From: Rebecca billardiae RCC1528
Taxonomy: Eukaryota; Protista; Haptophyta
Direction of reading: 5' to 3'
Length of the DNA: 64,000 nt
Assembly (NCBI GenBank): GCA_965240325.2
Contig: OZ251236.1
Coordinates: 372,001-436,000 of the forward strand
Shown: one piece after another, positions 1 through 14,079 of the stretch
How positions within the stretch are numbered: the first letter of the stretch is position 1
How the letters are laid out: the number at the start of each line of letters is the position of its first letter
Made by a program: the position numbers and the translations under genes
The notes under the pieces: generated by a model
The model's input: only the letters and a program-made list of their open reading frames with translations
Database searches by the model: none
What the model was told of the DNA's origin: nothing

Positions 1-69
1 AGACTGCAGTGATCCTGCACCGGGCGGCCAAGCCAAGCGGCACTGTCGTGGCGGGCGGCCAAGCCCGCC

Positions 70-3000
70 ATGTTCACCGCGCGGCGGCCGCCTTCGACGC
101 CCGGAGGCGCAGCCGCCCGCTGGCTCATGCCGGCGCGGGCGCATCTGGGCGCCATGCTCATCGTCGCGCTGCTGCTCGGCTGCGCCGGCGCCAACTTGCC
201 CGGCCGCCGGCGTTTCGCGCTGTCTGCCGACGAGCTGCGCGGCTCGTGCGACGCTCGCGGCGGCGCGCGCGCGCGCTCGTACGCGCCGCGCGGCGCGACG
301 AGCTGCGCGGCGGCGGCCGTGATGGCGGCCTCCGCGCTGATCGGCGCCGCGGCTCTCGCCGCGCGCGGCCGCGAGCGTGCCCATGAGCGCCGCGCCGCGC
401 GCGCGGGCGCTGAGGCCGCCGTGCGATGCGCGCAGCTGCGGTGGCGCGCGCGCCGCGCGCGCCGGCTGCAGGTGCAGGCGTTGTGGCACGGCGTACGCAC
501 GCGGCTCGGCGCGGACGGGGCGCTCCTGTCGCCGGGCCCGTCGTCGCGGCCGAGCGTCGCCGCCGTCCTCGACGCGGCGCGCGCGCGCGCCACGGCCGCG
601 GACGAGTCAGCAGCGCGCGCGGCCGAGCGGTCGCGCGCCGACGCGGCGCGCGCCGACGCGGCCACGTCCGCCCTCGCGCGCAGCGAGGAGGAGCTGGCGC
701 GCGCGGGCTCGGCGCGCGTCGCGGCGGAGGCGGCGCTCGGCTCGGCGCGTGACGAGCTCCGCCGCGCCTCCGCCGCGCACGCCGCGCTCGGCGCCGCGCT
801 CGCCGATGCGGACGCGGACGTGACGCGCGCGGCCGTGGCCGCGGCGGAGCGACGCGCGGCCGCGGCTGCGCGCGGACGCGCGCTCGTGGCGGCGCGCGCG
901 CGCGTGGGCCGCGAGCTGCGCGCGCTGCGCTCGGGGCTGGGCGCTCTGCGCGCGGACGCGCGCGCCGCGCTGCACGCCGCGCACACCGACACCGCCACCG
1001 GGCACGATAGCTTACTTGCCGGCGCCGCGGCCGTGTGCGCGCGGAACGAGGCGGCTGCGGACGCGGCGCGCGCCGCGCTCGCGCGCGAGGCCGCGGCGGC
1101 GTCGGACGAGGGCGCGTGCGCGCGCGCGCGCGTGCTCGTGCTGCAGGCCGCGCTGCGCGACGACGACACCGCGCGCACCCTCGCGCGCTGGGCGCAGCCG
1201 CCCGCGCGCACCGCCGCCGGCCCCGCGCGCCGCGCATCGCTCGATCCTGCGTGGGTTGTTGGTGCGGCCGAGCGCGCGCGGCGGGAACGGCTGAGCGCCA
1301 AGGCGGTGGCGGGCGTGGCGGGCGGCGCGGGCGCGGGCGCGGGCAAGCCGGGCGCGCGCCCGCGCGCCTCGCTGCCCAACGACTCCGCCAGCGAGTCCGA
1401 CTCAGTCCGGTCCTTCTCCTCGGTCTCGTCGGCGCCGCGCGCCGCCGGCCGGCGCCGGCTGAGCGCTCGCCTTGAAATGCTGTCGCAGCCGAAGGGTGCG
1501 ATTCCGCCGAAGGAGCACGGCGGCGGGAGCGGCGCGGCGGGCGCGGGGGCGAAGGGGACGGGTGGGAAGGCCGCCGCCGCCGCAGCAGCCGCGCGCGCCG
1601 CCGGCCTCGCGCGCCGCAGCTCGGCGAGCGCAGCGCCCGCGCCGGGCGCGCGCGGCGACGGCGGCGGCGGCGGCGGCGGCGGCAGTGGCGGCGCGCGCCG
1701 CGCGAGCGGCGGCGATGGCGGCGGTGGCATCGGCGCGGGCGCGGCGGCGGCGGCGGCCGTGTTCTGCGGCGGTGGCACCGGCGGGCCGCCGCGGAGCGCC
1801 GCCGCCTCGCCGAGCACGCCCGGCACCGCGCCGGACTTCTGCTCTGCCGCGGGCGGCAGCAGCCGCGCGGGCGACGGCGGCAGCCGCGCGGGCGACGGCG
1901 GCAGCCGCGCGGGCGACGGCGGCAGCCGCGCGGGCGACGGCAGCAGCCGCGCGTCGCTCGGCTCAGTCGGCTCCGGTGGCGCGGCGGAGGAGGCGGAGCT
2001 GCAGCAGGCGCAGGCGGCGCACGGGGTGCTTGGCACGCCGCCACACCGGCCGCGCCAGCGCGTGGCGGAGCCCGACGACCTCTCGCCCGCGCGGTCGCCC
2101 GCCCGGCCCGGCGCGCGCTCCGAGGTGGCTGTCGTGACGCCGGCCGTGACGCCGGCTGTTACACCGGCCGTTACGCCGGCCGTGACGCTGGCCGTGACGG
2201 CGGCAGCCAACGGCGTGAGGCATAGCGTGCCGAATGGCGGCATGGCCGCACCCGCCGCCGCGGAGCCCGGGGCACACGCGGGCGCCGACGCCGATGCTGA
2301 CGGTTGGGACCCTCGCGAGGCCGTGCGCACACTTGCGGCGGCGGCGAGCTCGCCGTCCGCGCGCGCGCCGCCGCGCGCCGCCGCGCGGGCCTTGGTGGGG
2401 GCAGAGGCGGGCGCGAGATGGCAGCCTCCGCGCGCGGAGGCGGGCGTGGGGGCGCCGCCTGCGCGCGCGGATGCCGAGCTGGCGGACTTTTTGCAGGCGG
2501 AGGCGGAGGCGGCGGCTGGCGGCGCCGGCGGCGGGGACGGCGCGGCCGGGTGCAACGCGCCGCAGTGGGCGCGCGCGCTCGCTCACGGCTGGGCGCAGCC
2601 GGCGGCGCCGCCGGCGCCGCTCGGCGCGCCCCGAGCGGATCCGTACACGCTTCTGGGCAGCGGCGCGTGCATGCCGTCCTCGTCGTACGAGCCGTTCACC
2701 GGCTTCGAGCGCCCGCCCTGTCTCTCGCCGCCGCCGCCGCGCTCGCCGCCCACATTCGCGCACCTACTGCCCACCGCCGTCGCGCCGCCGCGCTCACCGC
2801 GTTCGGCGGCGGCGGCGGCGGCACTGGCGCTGTTGCTCGACTCGGGCGCGGCCTCGCCGCACGTGTTCGCGGACGCGGGCGAGCACCTGCCGCTCGACGA
2901 CGGCGAGGAGGAGGACGAGCACGCCGCGCGGGCGGACGACGCTTCGCTCCGCAGCCCTTACCAGCCCTATCGCGCCTCGCCGCCGTCCGCGCCGTCCGCG

Positions 3001-6000
3001 CGCGCCGCGCGCGCCGCCGCGCCGCTCGCGCGCGCCGCGCGCGGAGGCGACGGCGGCGGTTGCGGCGGCGGCGGCGGCGGCGAAGCGGCGGCCGGCAGCG
3101 CCGGTCCGTCGCAGCCCTCGGCGCCTGCGGCCAACGGGGAGCCCGGCGCACCGCCGGGCACCGCCCGCACGCCGCGCGCTGCCGCGCCCGCCGCTGCCGC
3201 CCACGCGCGGGGCGCCACGGGCGCTCACGGTCTGGCCATCGCGGCCGCCCCGGCGCGCGCGGCCGAGCCCGCGCGCGCCGCCGGGTCACAGCGCGCCGCC
3301 GACGCCGCGCCCGCTGCCGAGCCCGAGCAGGAGGAGCGGTTCGACGACGCCGTCGATGACGTCGCGTCTGCGCTGGCCGCGTTGGCTCTCTCGGCACAGC
3401 CGCCGGGCGGCGGCGGCGGCGGCGGCGGCGGCTCGCCGCGCGCCGTTGCCGCCGCTGCCGGCGGCGGCGGCGCTGGGCCACCGCCCGCCGCCGCCTCGCC
3501 GCGCGCGGCGCTGTGTGGTCTGTTGGCGCGGCCGAGCGGCGGCGCCGACGCCCATGCCGCCCGTGTCGGCACTGCCGCGCCCGCTGCGCATGCGCAGCGC
3601 GCGCCGCCCCTTCCGGCCGCGGAGCCCATGGCTGCTCAGCTGCCGACAGGAGTTTCGGCCGCGCCGCCCGCCGCCGCGCCCGCCGCCGCGCCCGCCGCCG
3701 CGCCCGCCGCCGAGCGGACGGTCGGCGTGCGCGCCGTGCCGGCTGGGTCCGCGCCCGCGGCGGCGGTGCCACTGGCGGCGGCGAGCGCAGCGCCAGCGGC
3801 CCACCGGCCCATCGCGCCGCCGCCCGCCGCCGCGCGAGCGGCGCCTGCGAGCGCCGCGCCCGCGCCCGCGCCGGGCGCCTTAGACCGCCCCGCCGAGTGC
3901 GCTGCGAGCGGCGGCGGCGGCGGCGGCAGCTGCGGCGGCGGCGGTGGCGGCGGCGGCGGTGGTGGCTGCGGCGGCGGCGACGGGGTGGCCATTCTCACGC
4001 CCTCCGCGCCCCTGCGCACGCCCTCGCCGGGGGAGGCTGGGCGGGAGGACGGGGCCCGCCCCCACCCAGCCTGCCCCGAGCCCTCCGCGCGAATTGGCAC
4101 GCCCTCGCCGCGCGCGGGCGCTCCCGGGCGGCACTCGGCGGTTGACGCCGCTATTGGCGGCGGCGTCGACGCTGACGAGTGCGCCCGCAGTGCAGAGGGG
4201 GCGTGCGCGGGCGCGGGGGCGCAGCCGCCGGCTGCTGCGGCGGCCGCGCGCGAGGCGGCGACGCCCGGCACACCGCCCACACCGTGCATGGCCCAATGCG
4301 TGGCCAACGCGGCCTCGGCGGGCGTCAGCGCGGCCGCGGCCGCGGCCGCGCGCGCGCACGGCGGCAACGCTCTGGTTGCGCCGGGCGGCGGCGGCCCGGA
4401 CGGGCACGTCTCCGCCGCGCACGAGGCTGCCGACGATCTGCCGCCCGACGACGGCGCCTCCTCCGCGCTGTCGTCGTCGTACGAGCCGTTCGGAGCGCTC
4501 TCCCCGCGTGGCCTCTCGTCCCCGCCGCCGCCGTTGCCGCCGCTGCCGCCGTCGGCGGCGTCGGACTATGGCGGCGGCGCGGCGCTCGCGGCGCGCGGCG
4601 CTGCTCAGCCGTCGCCCAGCGCGGCCGCCTCGCCGGGCGGGTGCGGCGGCGTGCGCGGCGAGTGCCGCTCTGCGCAGGCGGCGGCTCCGCCGCGCCTCGC
4701 CGCCGCCCCCGCCGCGCTCGGCGCCGGCTGCGCGCCGGCCGGCCCGGCCGCGCGGCCGCCGCCGCGCGGCCGCGCCGCCAGCCTCTCGCCGCCGCCGCCG
4801 CCCGCGCGGCCGCTGCCGCGCGGGTGGCACGCCATCTCGTTCGCCGACGGCACGCTCGCGTACGCGCGCGCGCACCCCGCCGCCGACGCCGCCGACGCCG
4901 ACTGCGCGCGCCCGCTCCTCGTGCGCGCGCGCCACCCGCTCGAGCGCGTATGCGTCGGCGAGGGCGAGGGCGGTCGCGGCTTGCTGTTCGAATGCGTGCA
5001 CTGCGAGGGTGGCGCGCTGGTCGGTGCGGGCGGCGAGGCGATCGAGGAGGGCGACGTGTACTGGCTGGACTCGCTCGAGCGCCTGCCGCGCGCCGCGCCG
5101 CCGCCGCCGCCCTCCGCGCTCGCAGCCGCCGCCGAGTGCGCGGCCGTCGCGAGCGCGCGCGCGGACGTTGTCGCGGCCGCGCGCGTCGCGCGCGCGTGCG
5201 ACGGCCTGGCGCTTGGGCACCACGTGGCGCGCGTGCTCGAGGCGGGCTCGGCGCTGCGCGCGTGGGCGACGGCGGCCGCCGCGCTCGGCGCGCGCGAGGC
5301 AGACGCGGCGCGCGCGCACCGCGCCGCCGCGCTGCGCCGCGGCGTGCGCGCGCTGCGGCCGAGCGCGCGCGCGCGCCGGCCGCTGCGCGCGCGCGCGCTC
5401 GCGGCCGCGGCCGCGGCCGCGCAGCGCCGGCGCGTGCTCGCGCTGTGCCGCGCGCTCGGCGCGTGGGCGGAGTGCGCGGCGGTGGCGGGCGCGGCGGCGG
5501 CGGCGCGCGCGCGCGCCGCGCCGCCCGCGCGCCGCGTGCTCGGCAGCGTCGGCGGCGGCGGCGCGGCCGGCGCCGCCGCTGGCGGCGGGCTCGGCGCCCG
5601 CGAGCGCGCGCGCGCCGCGCTCGCGGCCGCAAAGGGCGAGGGCGGCAGCGCCGCGCCCGCGCTGCCGTCGCTGTACGCCGCGCGGCGCGCGTCGGTCCTC
5701 GCGCTCGCCGAGAGCGCGCAGCGCGTGCGCAGCCTCGAGAAGAAGGCGGCGGGCGCGGCGAGCGCGGCGGACGCGCGCGTCGCGACGGCCGAGCGTCAGC
5801 TAGCGATGGCGGAGGCGCGCGCGGAGGAGCGCTCGAAGGCGCTGCTCTGCGCCTCCGCCGCGCAGCGCGCGCTGCGCCTCGCGCTGCGCGGCACGCGCGA
5901 CGCCGCGCGCGCGCACGAGCGCGCCGCCGCCGTGCGCGCGGGGGCGGTCCTGCTCGTGAGCACGCTGCCGCCGCCGGCGGGCGGCGCGGCGCGGCGCGCG

Positions 6001-7319
6001 CGCTTTAGCGCGGGCGGCGGCGGCGGCGCGGGCGGCGGCGGCGGCGGCGGGCGGTGGGCGCTGCCGCTGCGCTGGGGCGGCGCCGCCGGCGGCGCGGACG
6101 CGCCCGCGGCGCCCTCGCCGCCGCGCCCGCGCTGGCTCGTCCTCTCCGCAGACGGCCGCTCGCTCCTCGTCTTCAGCGGCGCGGGCGCGCGCGCGCCTGA
6201 GCTGAGCCTGCCACTGGCCGGTGTCGGCATCACGCCACTACTGCGGCTCGGCTCGGCGGCGGCGCGCGCGGCGGCGTGCGCGCCGGGGCTGCCGCCGCCG
6301 TGGCTCGGCTTCGAGCTCCTCTTCAGCGGCGCCGGCGCCGAGCGCGAGCCGAGCCCCGCCAGCCGCGGCGGCGCCGTCGGCGGCTTTGGCGGAGCGTCGC
6401 CGACCGGGTGCCGCGCGGCGGCGGCGAGCACGGCGGGCGGCGGGCTCGGCGTGGGCGGCGCGGGCGGCGGCGGGCCGCTGAGCCGCCTGCGCAGCCCGCC
6501 CGGCGGCACCGCCGCCGACGGCGGCGGCGGCGGCGCGCCCTGCCGCCTGCACTGCTACGCGGAGGACGGCGCGGACGCGATCGCGTGGACGCTGGGCCTG
6601 GCCGAGGCGGCGCGCAGAGCGGGCGCGCCCGACGCGCCCGGCGGCGGCGGCCTGACAGAGGGAACCTTACTGCGCGCGCGCGCCGCCGCGCGCCTCGCCG
6701 CCGGCGCGGCCGAGCTCGGCATGACGCGCCCGATGCTCCTCACGTACGTCCGCTCCCGCGCGTTCGAGACGGCTTCGGCCGAGTCGGGCGCCGCGCGGAT
6801 CGCCGCGGTGGAGAGCGCTCTGGTACGGCGGTACAAGCTCGTCGAGGCACTCACCCTCGCGTGCGACGCGCTCAACTTTAAGCTCGGCACCGGCGCGCCG
6901 GCCGCCGCGCGCACCTTTTGGCTATCTGGCGTGCCGCTGCTGCGCGCGATGGTGGCGTCGGTCGGCGCGCCGCCCGAGCTGCGCGCGCTGGCGCGGTGTA
7001 TCTTCTGCTATGAGCGGCTGCCAAGCGGCAGCGGCGGCGCGCCGCTCGACTGGCGCTGGCTGCAGGTGTTTTTTGCGCCCGCGGCGGCGGCGGCGGACGC
7101 GGCGGCCGCTGCGACGGACGCCGCGGCGGCGGCGGCCGGCGGCGCCGAGCGCGGCGGCGCCGAGGGCGAGGGCGGCGCCGAGGGCGGCGGCGCGGCGCAC
7201 GCGGCGGCGGCGCGCATCGCCGCCGACGCCGCGGCGCCTTTCGTCCTCTTGCAGACCTCAGTGCCCTTGCTCGAGTGCCCGCACGCCGAGCCTGTACGCG
7301 AGGACGGGCGCACGGCGGC

Positions 7320-7358
<39 letters not shown>

Positions 7359-10300
7359 GTGGGGCGGCGGCGGCGGCGGCGCGCTCGGCGCGCCGCCGCT
7401 CGGCGACGGCGACGCCGCGCTGCTCGCGGCAGAGCACACGGACGGCGGCGGCGGCGGCGGCGGCGGGGCTTCGTCTGTGTGGCTGGTGCGCGCAGAGGAG
7501 CACCCAGCCGTCGAGCGCCACCTGCGCGAGATCTCGCGCGCCGAGATGTCGGCCTCGCGCGAGCGCGGCGGCGGCGCGGGCGCGCCGCCGTCGCAGCCCG
7601 TGGCGGGGTCCGGCTCGCTCGGCATGGCGGACTCGGAGGTGGCGCGCGTGCGCGACGCGGCGAACTGGGCGCTCGCGCGGCACGAGCTGCCGCCGCTCAG
7701 CGATGAGTGCCGCGAGGCGCTCGCGCGCTGGCGCTCGGATCTGCCCACCTCCGCGCCGCTGCGCCACGCGATTGACGCGAGTGCGGAGCTGCGCGCGCGC
7801 GCGCAGCGCGCCACCTCCGCCGGCGCGCCGCCGGCCGACGCGTGCGCCGCGGCGGGCGGCTCGGGCGGCGGTGGCGCGGAGGGCTCCGCCGAGGCGGACG
7901 ACACCGCCGCGCCCATCGCCTTCCACGTGCTGCCCTCGTCGGCGCAGCTCTGGGTCGCGGCGGACGCGCGCGGCGCGGGCGCGCTCACCGCGTGGGCTGA
8001 GGTTGTCGGCGCGGCCGACGGCCCGGCCGGCGGCGGCTTGGGCGGCGGGAGCGGCTCGGGCGGCGGCGGGAGCAGCAGCTTCGGCGGCGGCGGCGGCGGC
8101 GCTCTTGCAGTCCTCCGCTGCGCGCTCGTCGGCGCCGACCGCTCCGTTGCGCGCGCGCACGCCGCCATCCCGCGAACGCGCGCGCACGCGCGCGCGCTGC
8201 TTGACGCCGCGCCGCCTTCCGCGGTGCGCACGGCGCTGCTGCCGCCGGGCGCGAGCGTGCGGCTGCCCGTGCGCGGCGCGGGCGTGCTTGTGTACGAGCT
8301 GACGCCTCGGCGCGCTCTCTCGCTCAGCGCGCCCACGCCCGCCGCCGCCGCCTCCGCCGCCAACGCCGCCTCCGCCGCCAACGCGGCCTCGCCCGAGCTT
8401 GAAGCGCGCGTGGCATACGGCGCTGTCCACGTGACGCCGGCCGATGACCCGCTCACGCAGTATGGGCGGTTCGCGACGGACGACGCGCCGTCGAGGGCCG
8501 CGGAGGGCGAGGGGGCGGCGCGCGGCGCGCGGCGCGGCGCCGCGCTGCGCCGCGCCTCCGCCCTGGGCGCGCCCGTCCTCGCCGCGCGCTCCTCCGAGCT
8601 TCCATGCTCGTCCGCGGCGATTCGCGCGGCGTCGCAAGCGCTGCGGCTGCGGCTCGCGGGCATGCGCCCGCTCGGGGACGATGAGCACGCGACGAAGCTG
8701 CGCGCGGCGGAGGCGGAGCTGGACGAGGCGCGCGCCAACGCGGTGCGGTACCGCTCGCTCGCGCAAGAGCTCGCCGGCGGCGGCGGCGGCGCGGCGGGCG
8801 GCGGCGCGGCCGCCGACGGCGCGGCGGGCGGTGGCGGGAGCCCAGCGCCACGCGGCGGCGGCGCGAGCGACGACGACAACGGCGGAGCCGCCGCGGGCGG
8901 CGGCGACGCCGTCTTCGTGCGCCCGTTCGCGCCGGGCTCGCAGTTCAGCCGCGCGCCCGCCGCGGCGGGCGAGCGCGCCACGGGGCCCGGCTCGCGCCTC
9001 ATGCAGCGGCCGCCGCCGCTCGCGCCGCCGTCGCGCCCGCGCGGCGGCGGCGGCAGCGGCGGCGGCGCGCCGAGCGTGCCGCCGATCGCGCGCGCGCCGC
9101 TGCCGCCGCCCGCGCCGCTGCCGCCGCCGGCGCAGCGCACGGCGAGCTCGCCGCCCGGCCGGTCTCGCGCCGTCTCGGTCTGGCAAGCGCCGCCGCCAAG
9201 CGCGCGCGCCGACGCCGACGCCGACGCCGACGCGGACGGCTCCGCCGCCGCCGCGCCGCCGCGCGCGCGCGCCGACGGCGCGCCGCCCCCGCGCAGCGTC
9301 CGCCAGCGCGTCTGGGAGCCGACTGGCGCGCACGGCGCGGCCGCGGCGCCCGCCGGCGCGGAGGGCACGCACCCTGCCACCGAGCGCCGCGCCTCGCGCG
9401 CGCTCGGCACGCGCGCGCGGCTCGGCGGCGCGAGCGAACGATTCGCGAGCGCGCGCGCTCGCTTTGCGCGCGACAGGCCCGCCGCCGCCGCCGCGGCTGG
9501 GCTGGGCGGCGCGCCCACGGCGGCAAGGGCCCCGCCCGTCGCGCACGCCGCGCCCGCTGCCGCCGCCCCCGCCGCCACCGCCACGGCTGGGCTTGGCGCG
9601 CCCACCGCCGCGCCCGCCGCGCGCGCCGCGCCCGCCGCGCCCGCCGCGCCCGCGCGGCGCGCGCCGTTGCCGGCAGGCCGAGGCCCTTCCGACGCGCCCG
9701 CGCCGGCAGCCGCGCAGCAGGCGCCGGCGGCACGACGCGGCACCACGGCGGGCGCACCGGCGGCGGCGGTGGCGGCGCTGACGCCGGCCACGCCGGCGGC
9801 GCCCCCCAGCGAAGCGCTGCCAAGCCGCGAGCCGCCAGGCGCGGCGGCGCCGGCGCCGGCGGCTACCCCGCCGGCGGTGGGCTCGGCGCCGGCCGCCGCG
9901 CCAGCCGCAGCCGCGCCGGCAGGGGACCCGCCCGCCCGCCGCGCGGCCTCGCGCGCTGCCCCTGCCGCCGCGGCGGCGGAGGCCGCGCGGCCGAGCGCGC
10001 CGCGCGCGCCCGCCGCCGCGCCTGGCGCGCGGAGTGGGACGAGGGCTGCGGCGCGCGCGCCGGCGGCGGCGGCGGCTCCGGCCGCGTGCGCGCGCGCGCC
10101 GCCCGGCGCCGCCCCGCCATTCGCGGGCGCAGCCATATCGCGCGACGCCGTGCCGGCCGAGCCCGAGCGCGCCGCTGCGCCCGCGCCCCTCGCCGACGGC
10201 GCGACGCACGCGCGCGCGCCCGCGTGCGCGCCCGGCGGCGCGCGGCGCACCCACGCCGCCAGTGCGCGCGCGCCTCGGCGGCCGCCGCTGCCGCCGCCAG

Positions 10301-10698
10301 GCGGCGAGGCGGGCGGTGAGCGGGCGCGCGGCGCGGCGCCGGCGGCGAGCGCGGCGCGGCCGGCTGCGGCGGCGGCAGCGCCGAGCGCGCCGCCCGCCGC
10401 CGCGCGCCCAGCCGCGCCCGCGCTCGCGCGCGCCGACAGCGGCGGCGCTGTGCAGCTCGTCGCGGCGGCGCTGGGCGAGGGCGCAGCAGCGCGCGAGGGC
10501 GAGGCCGCGGCGGACGGCTGGATCGAGGAGCAGCGGCTGCTGCTGCAGCAGGAGCGCTCGCTGCTCACGCAGAGGCGGCGGCAGCGGCAGGCGCGCGCGA
10601 GCGAGGGGCGCAGCCCGGCGCCGCGCCGCGCGCCGCCGCGCGACGGCGGGCACGGCGGCGCCGCCCCGCCGGACGGTGCGAGCGACTACGCGCCGTAG
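70..10698 (+). CDS. Giant Ala/Gly/Pro-rich protein (3542 aa ORF): N-terminal hydrophobic segments, coiled-coil regions, WW-like motif (~4813-4870) and PH-like domain (~6121-6615)
   Basis: 10.6-kb stop-free frame with natural-looking blocks: LPRGWHAISFADGTLAY (WW-like) and RWLVLSADGRSLLVF...WLGFELLF...RLHCYAEDGADAIAWTLGL (PH-like, with the terminal-helix Trp). In-frame GC-rich introns and the true start cannot be resolved. Confidence 0.6.
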
Positions 10699-10845
10699 CG
10701 CTCGCTCGACTTGTCAGAGCCTGCCGCCCGCATCGCGGCATCGTCAGTTCCGCGTCCGCGAATCCGTCCTCGTGAGGCGGACTATATGACATCGGCCGAG
10801 CAGCTATATGTGCGAATCAAGGCGGCCTATATGGCCGGCCGCCAT

Positions 10846-10962
<117 letters not shown>

Positions 10963-11957
10963 CTAAGAGGACGGTGGGAGCGCAATGCGCCGTAGTATCA
11001 ACACCTGCCTGCCATTCGTAGGGGGGCCAAACCGCCCATTTAAAAATGAAAAGCAAAGTCGCGTCGCATTTTCGCTCCGCCCTCGGCCTTTTAGGGTGGC
11101 GCGGAGCCTTTTTCTCGGACCTCGCTCGAAAATCGAGCTCCGACAATAAGGTCTGGCGCTCTGCAGTGGCGGATGCCAGCTGAAACTGGGGCTTTTGGCC
11201 CAGTTTGCGATGGCACAGTGGGGGGCTTCGCGGGTCAGTAAACTGGGGAAAAGCCTCAGTTTCAGATGGCATGCGCCCACTGCGGCCGTGCCATCGCAAA
11301 CTGGGCCGAATCGCCCAGTTTGCGTGTGCACGGGGACGCACTGCGGCCGGCTGCAACTTGGCTCAGCATGGGGCAGCTGTCCACAGCCCAGGCGGGGCGT
11401 CACCGCCTGCGGGCCGCCGGTGGGCAGGGCCGACGGCGTCGCAGAGCTCATGCGTGGGAGCGGCGCGTTGAGAAGGCAACCAAGGTCGAGAAGGAGGGGG
11501 CAAGGCCGGCAAGCAGCAGGGGCCACCGGTACGTTCGTACATGCCTCCACACCGGTGCACATCACCCTTGCTCGCGGCCGTGACCTGTGCTGGCACTCAC
11601 CTCATCATCGCCCACCATGCAGTGGCGGCCGAGCTAAGGCGAATACTCACAGGCACCGAACACGCATCGGCGGTGCCCACTGGTGCTGGCATGCTGTCCT
11701 CTACTTGCTGTCGGACAGCAAGCGGAGACGGCACCGCCGCAGCTGCGAGCGGGTGAGGTGCTGCTCTGCTCAGCGAGGCTGAGAGGCTGAGCACGGATCA
11801 CGGATGGTGAGCCCTGGTCTCTCAACGCATCCAGGAGAGCAGTTGGTGCATAACTGTGCTCAGGCGTGCAGGACCAACCATCCGGTGCTGCTTCAAGCAC
11901 CCGCGCCAACAGCGGCGGTACTCAACTCCACGCTGCTCATGCGGCCACACAGCTGCA

Positions 11958-13200
11958 GGGATGGTGCCACGGCGGGCGGCGGCGGTCGACGCAGCTGTCA
12001 GCTCGGCGGTGCGCGCCCGAGGGGCCTAGGCGACGAACGCGCCGAGCGCGGTGTGGCTGCTCGCTTCGCCCAGCGCGCGCGAGCCGCTGCCATCGGGCGC
12101 TGCTGCGCCCGCGCCCAGCCGGGGCAGCAGCAGCTGCGCTCGACTCCGCGCCGAGTGCGGCGGCAGCAGCGGGGATGGTGCCACGGCGGGCGGCGGCGGT
12201 CGCTGGAGCTGGCAGCTCGGTGGTGTGCGCCCGAGGAGCCTGGGCGCTGGGCGCACCGAGCGCGGTGACGCTGCTCGCCTCGCCCAACGCGCTGGAGCCG
12301 CTGCCACCGGGCGCCGCTGCGCCCGCGCCCAGCTTGGGCAGCAGCAGCTGCGCTCGACTCCGCGCCGAGTGCGGCGGCAGCAGCAGGGATGGTGACACGG
12401 CGGGCGGCGGCGGTCGCTGGAGCTGGCAGCTCGGTGGTGCGCGCCCGTGGAGCCTGGGCGCTGGGCGCACCGAGCGCGGTGACGCTGCTCGCCTCGCCCA
12501 ACGCGCTGGAGCCGCTGCCATCGGGCGCTGCGCTGCCCGCGCCCAGCTTGGGCAGCAGCAGCTGCGCTCGACTCCGCGCCGAGTGCGGCGGCAGCAGCGG
12601 GGATGGTGCCACGGCGGGCGGCGGCGGTCGCTGGAGCTGGCAGCTCGGTGGTGTGCGCCCGAGGAGCCTGGGCGCTGGGCGCACCGAGCGCGGTGACGCT
12701 GCTCGCCTCGCCCAACGCGCTGGAGCCGCTGCCACCGGGCGCCGCTGCGCCCGCGCCCAGCTTGGGCAGCAGCAGCTGCGCTCGACTCCGCGCCGAGTGC
12801 GGCGGCAGCAGCAGGGATGGTGACACGGCGGGCGGCGGCGGTCGCTGGAGCTGGCAGCTCGGTGGTGCGCGCCCGTGGAGCCTGGGCGCTGGGCGCACCG
12901 AGCGCGGTGACGCTGCTCGCCTCGCCCAACGCGCTGGAGCCGCTGCCATCGGGCGCTGCGCTGCCCGCGCCCAGCTTGGGCAGCTGCAGCTGCGCTCGAC
13001 TCCGCGCCGAGTGCGGCGGCAGCAGCAGGGATGGTGACACGGCGGGCGGCGGCGGTCGCTGCAGCTGGCAGCTCGGTGGTGCGCGCCCGAGGAGCCTGGG
13101 CGCTGGGCGCACCGAGCGCGGTGACGCTGCTCGCCTCGCCCAGCGCGCTGGTGAGTCGCTGCCACCCGGCGCTGCGCTGTCTGCGCCCAGCCGGAGCAGC
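11958..13200 (+). repeat. 214-bp tandem array, ~5.8 copies (left arm)
   Basis: GGGATGGTG recurs at 12172, 12386, 12600, 12814 and 13028. Confidence 0.95.
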
Positions 13201-14079
13201 TGCAGCAGCTCAGATCAGCACCGTCGCGACTGCTCGGTCGATGCGTATGATGAACTACATGAGTGACCCGCTGACTCGCTGTCAGCAGTCGCAGCCTCGC
13301 AGCGCGGCCGGCCGCCGCGTTAACCCGCCGGTACTAACGACCGCGCGCGGTCGGTTATTGCGGGGGCGGGGCAGCCGGTCAGAGCCGCGAGCCGAGCGGC
13401 TACTGAGTACTGTGTCATATCACCGTCCGGTCTCCGACTCCGGAGTCGCGTCCCGCCGTCCGATCGGGGATATTCGGGCGATCCGGTTACGCGGACCCGA
13501 TCTCCGAGGAGTTGGTCATAATGTACTATATATATGCAGCAGACCGACAACTGGTATAGAGGGCTCATGGCACTGCATGCGCAGCCGCAGCAGCTATATA
13601 TATATATATATAATGCGCGCCGCTCGGTCATCGGAGCAGAGTGATGAATTCGTCTGGCGTCATCTGCGCTGCTACTATACTTATTATAAATTCTTAGCTG
13701 CGCTCAAATTCGCGCCGTCATATTCGGAGCAGACTACGGTATTCGATGCTACTGATGATGATGCTGATGATGCCGATGTATCGCGCGACGACGATATAGC
13801 AGTCGTCCATATCCGCCAATACCGGCCGGGCTGTGCTCGGCACTCCGCGACTCGCGAGTCCGGATCACCTACGGGCACGGCACTACTCCGCCCCGAGTAC
13901 GACCACTGACTACGCCATCCGAGGCATCGGCACGGCTGGGCTGCTGCCTGCGGCCCGGCACAAGCGACTCGCTCATCTACTTCATACGCAGCGACCGAGC
14001 AGCAGTCGCAGTAATCTGCTGAGCAGCAGCAGTTAATCACCAGCCTGCTGCTGCTGCTGCCTGCCACGACACGGCACGC

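Noticed and set aside
7008-10653. Long antisense ORFs (1186 and 1131 aa) and similar shadow ORFs across the window
   Set aside because: Arg/Ala/Ser-rich mirror frames of GC-rich coding DNA with no recognisable domains.
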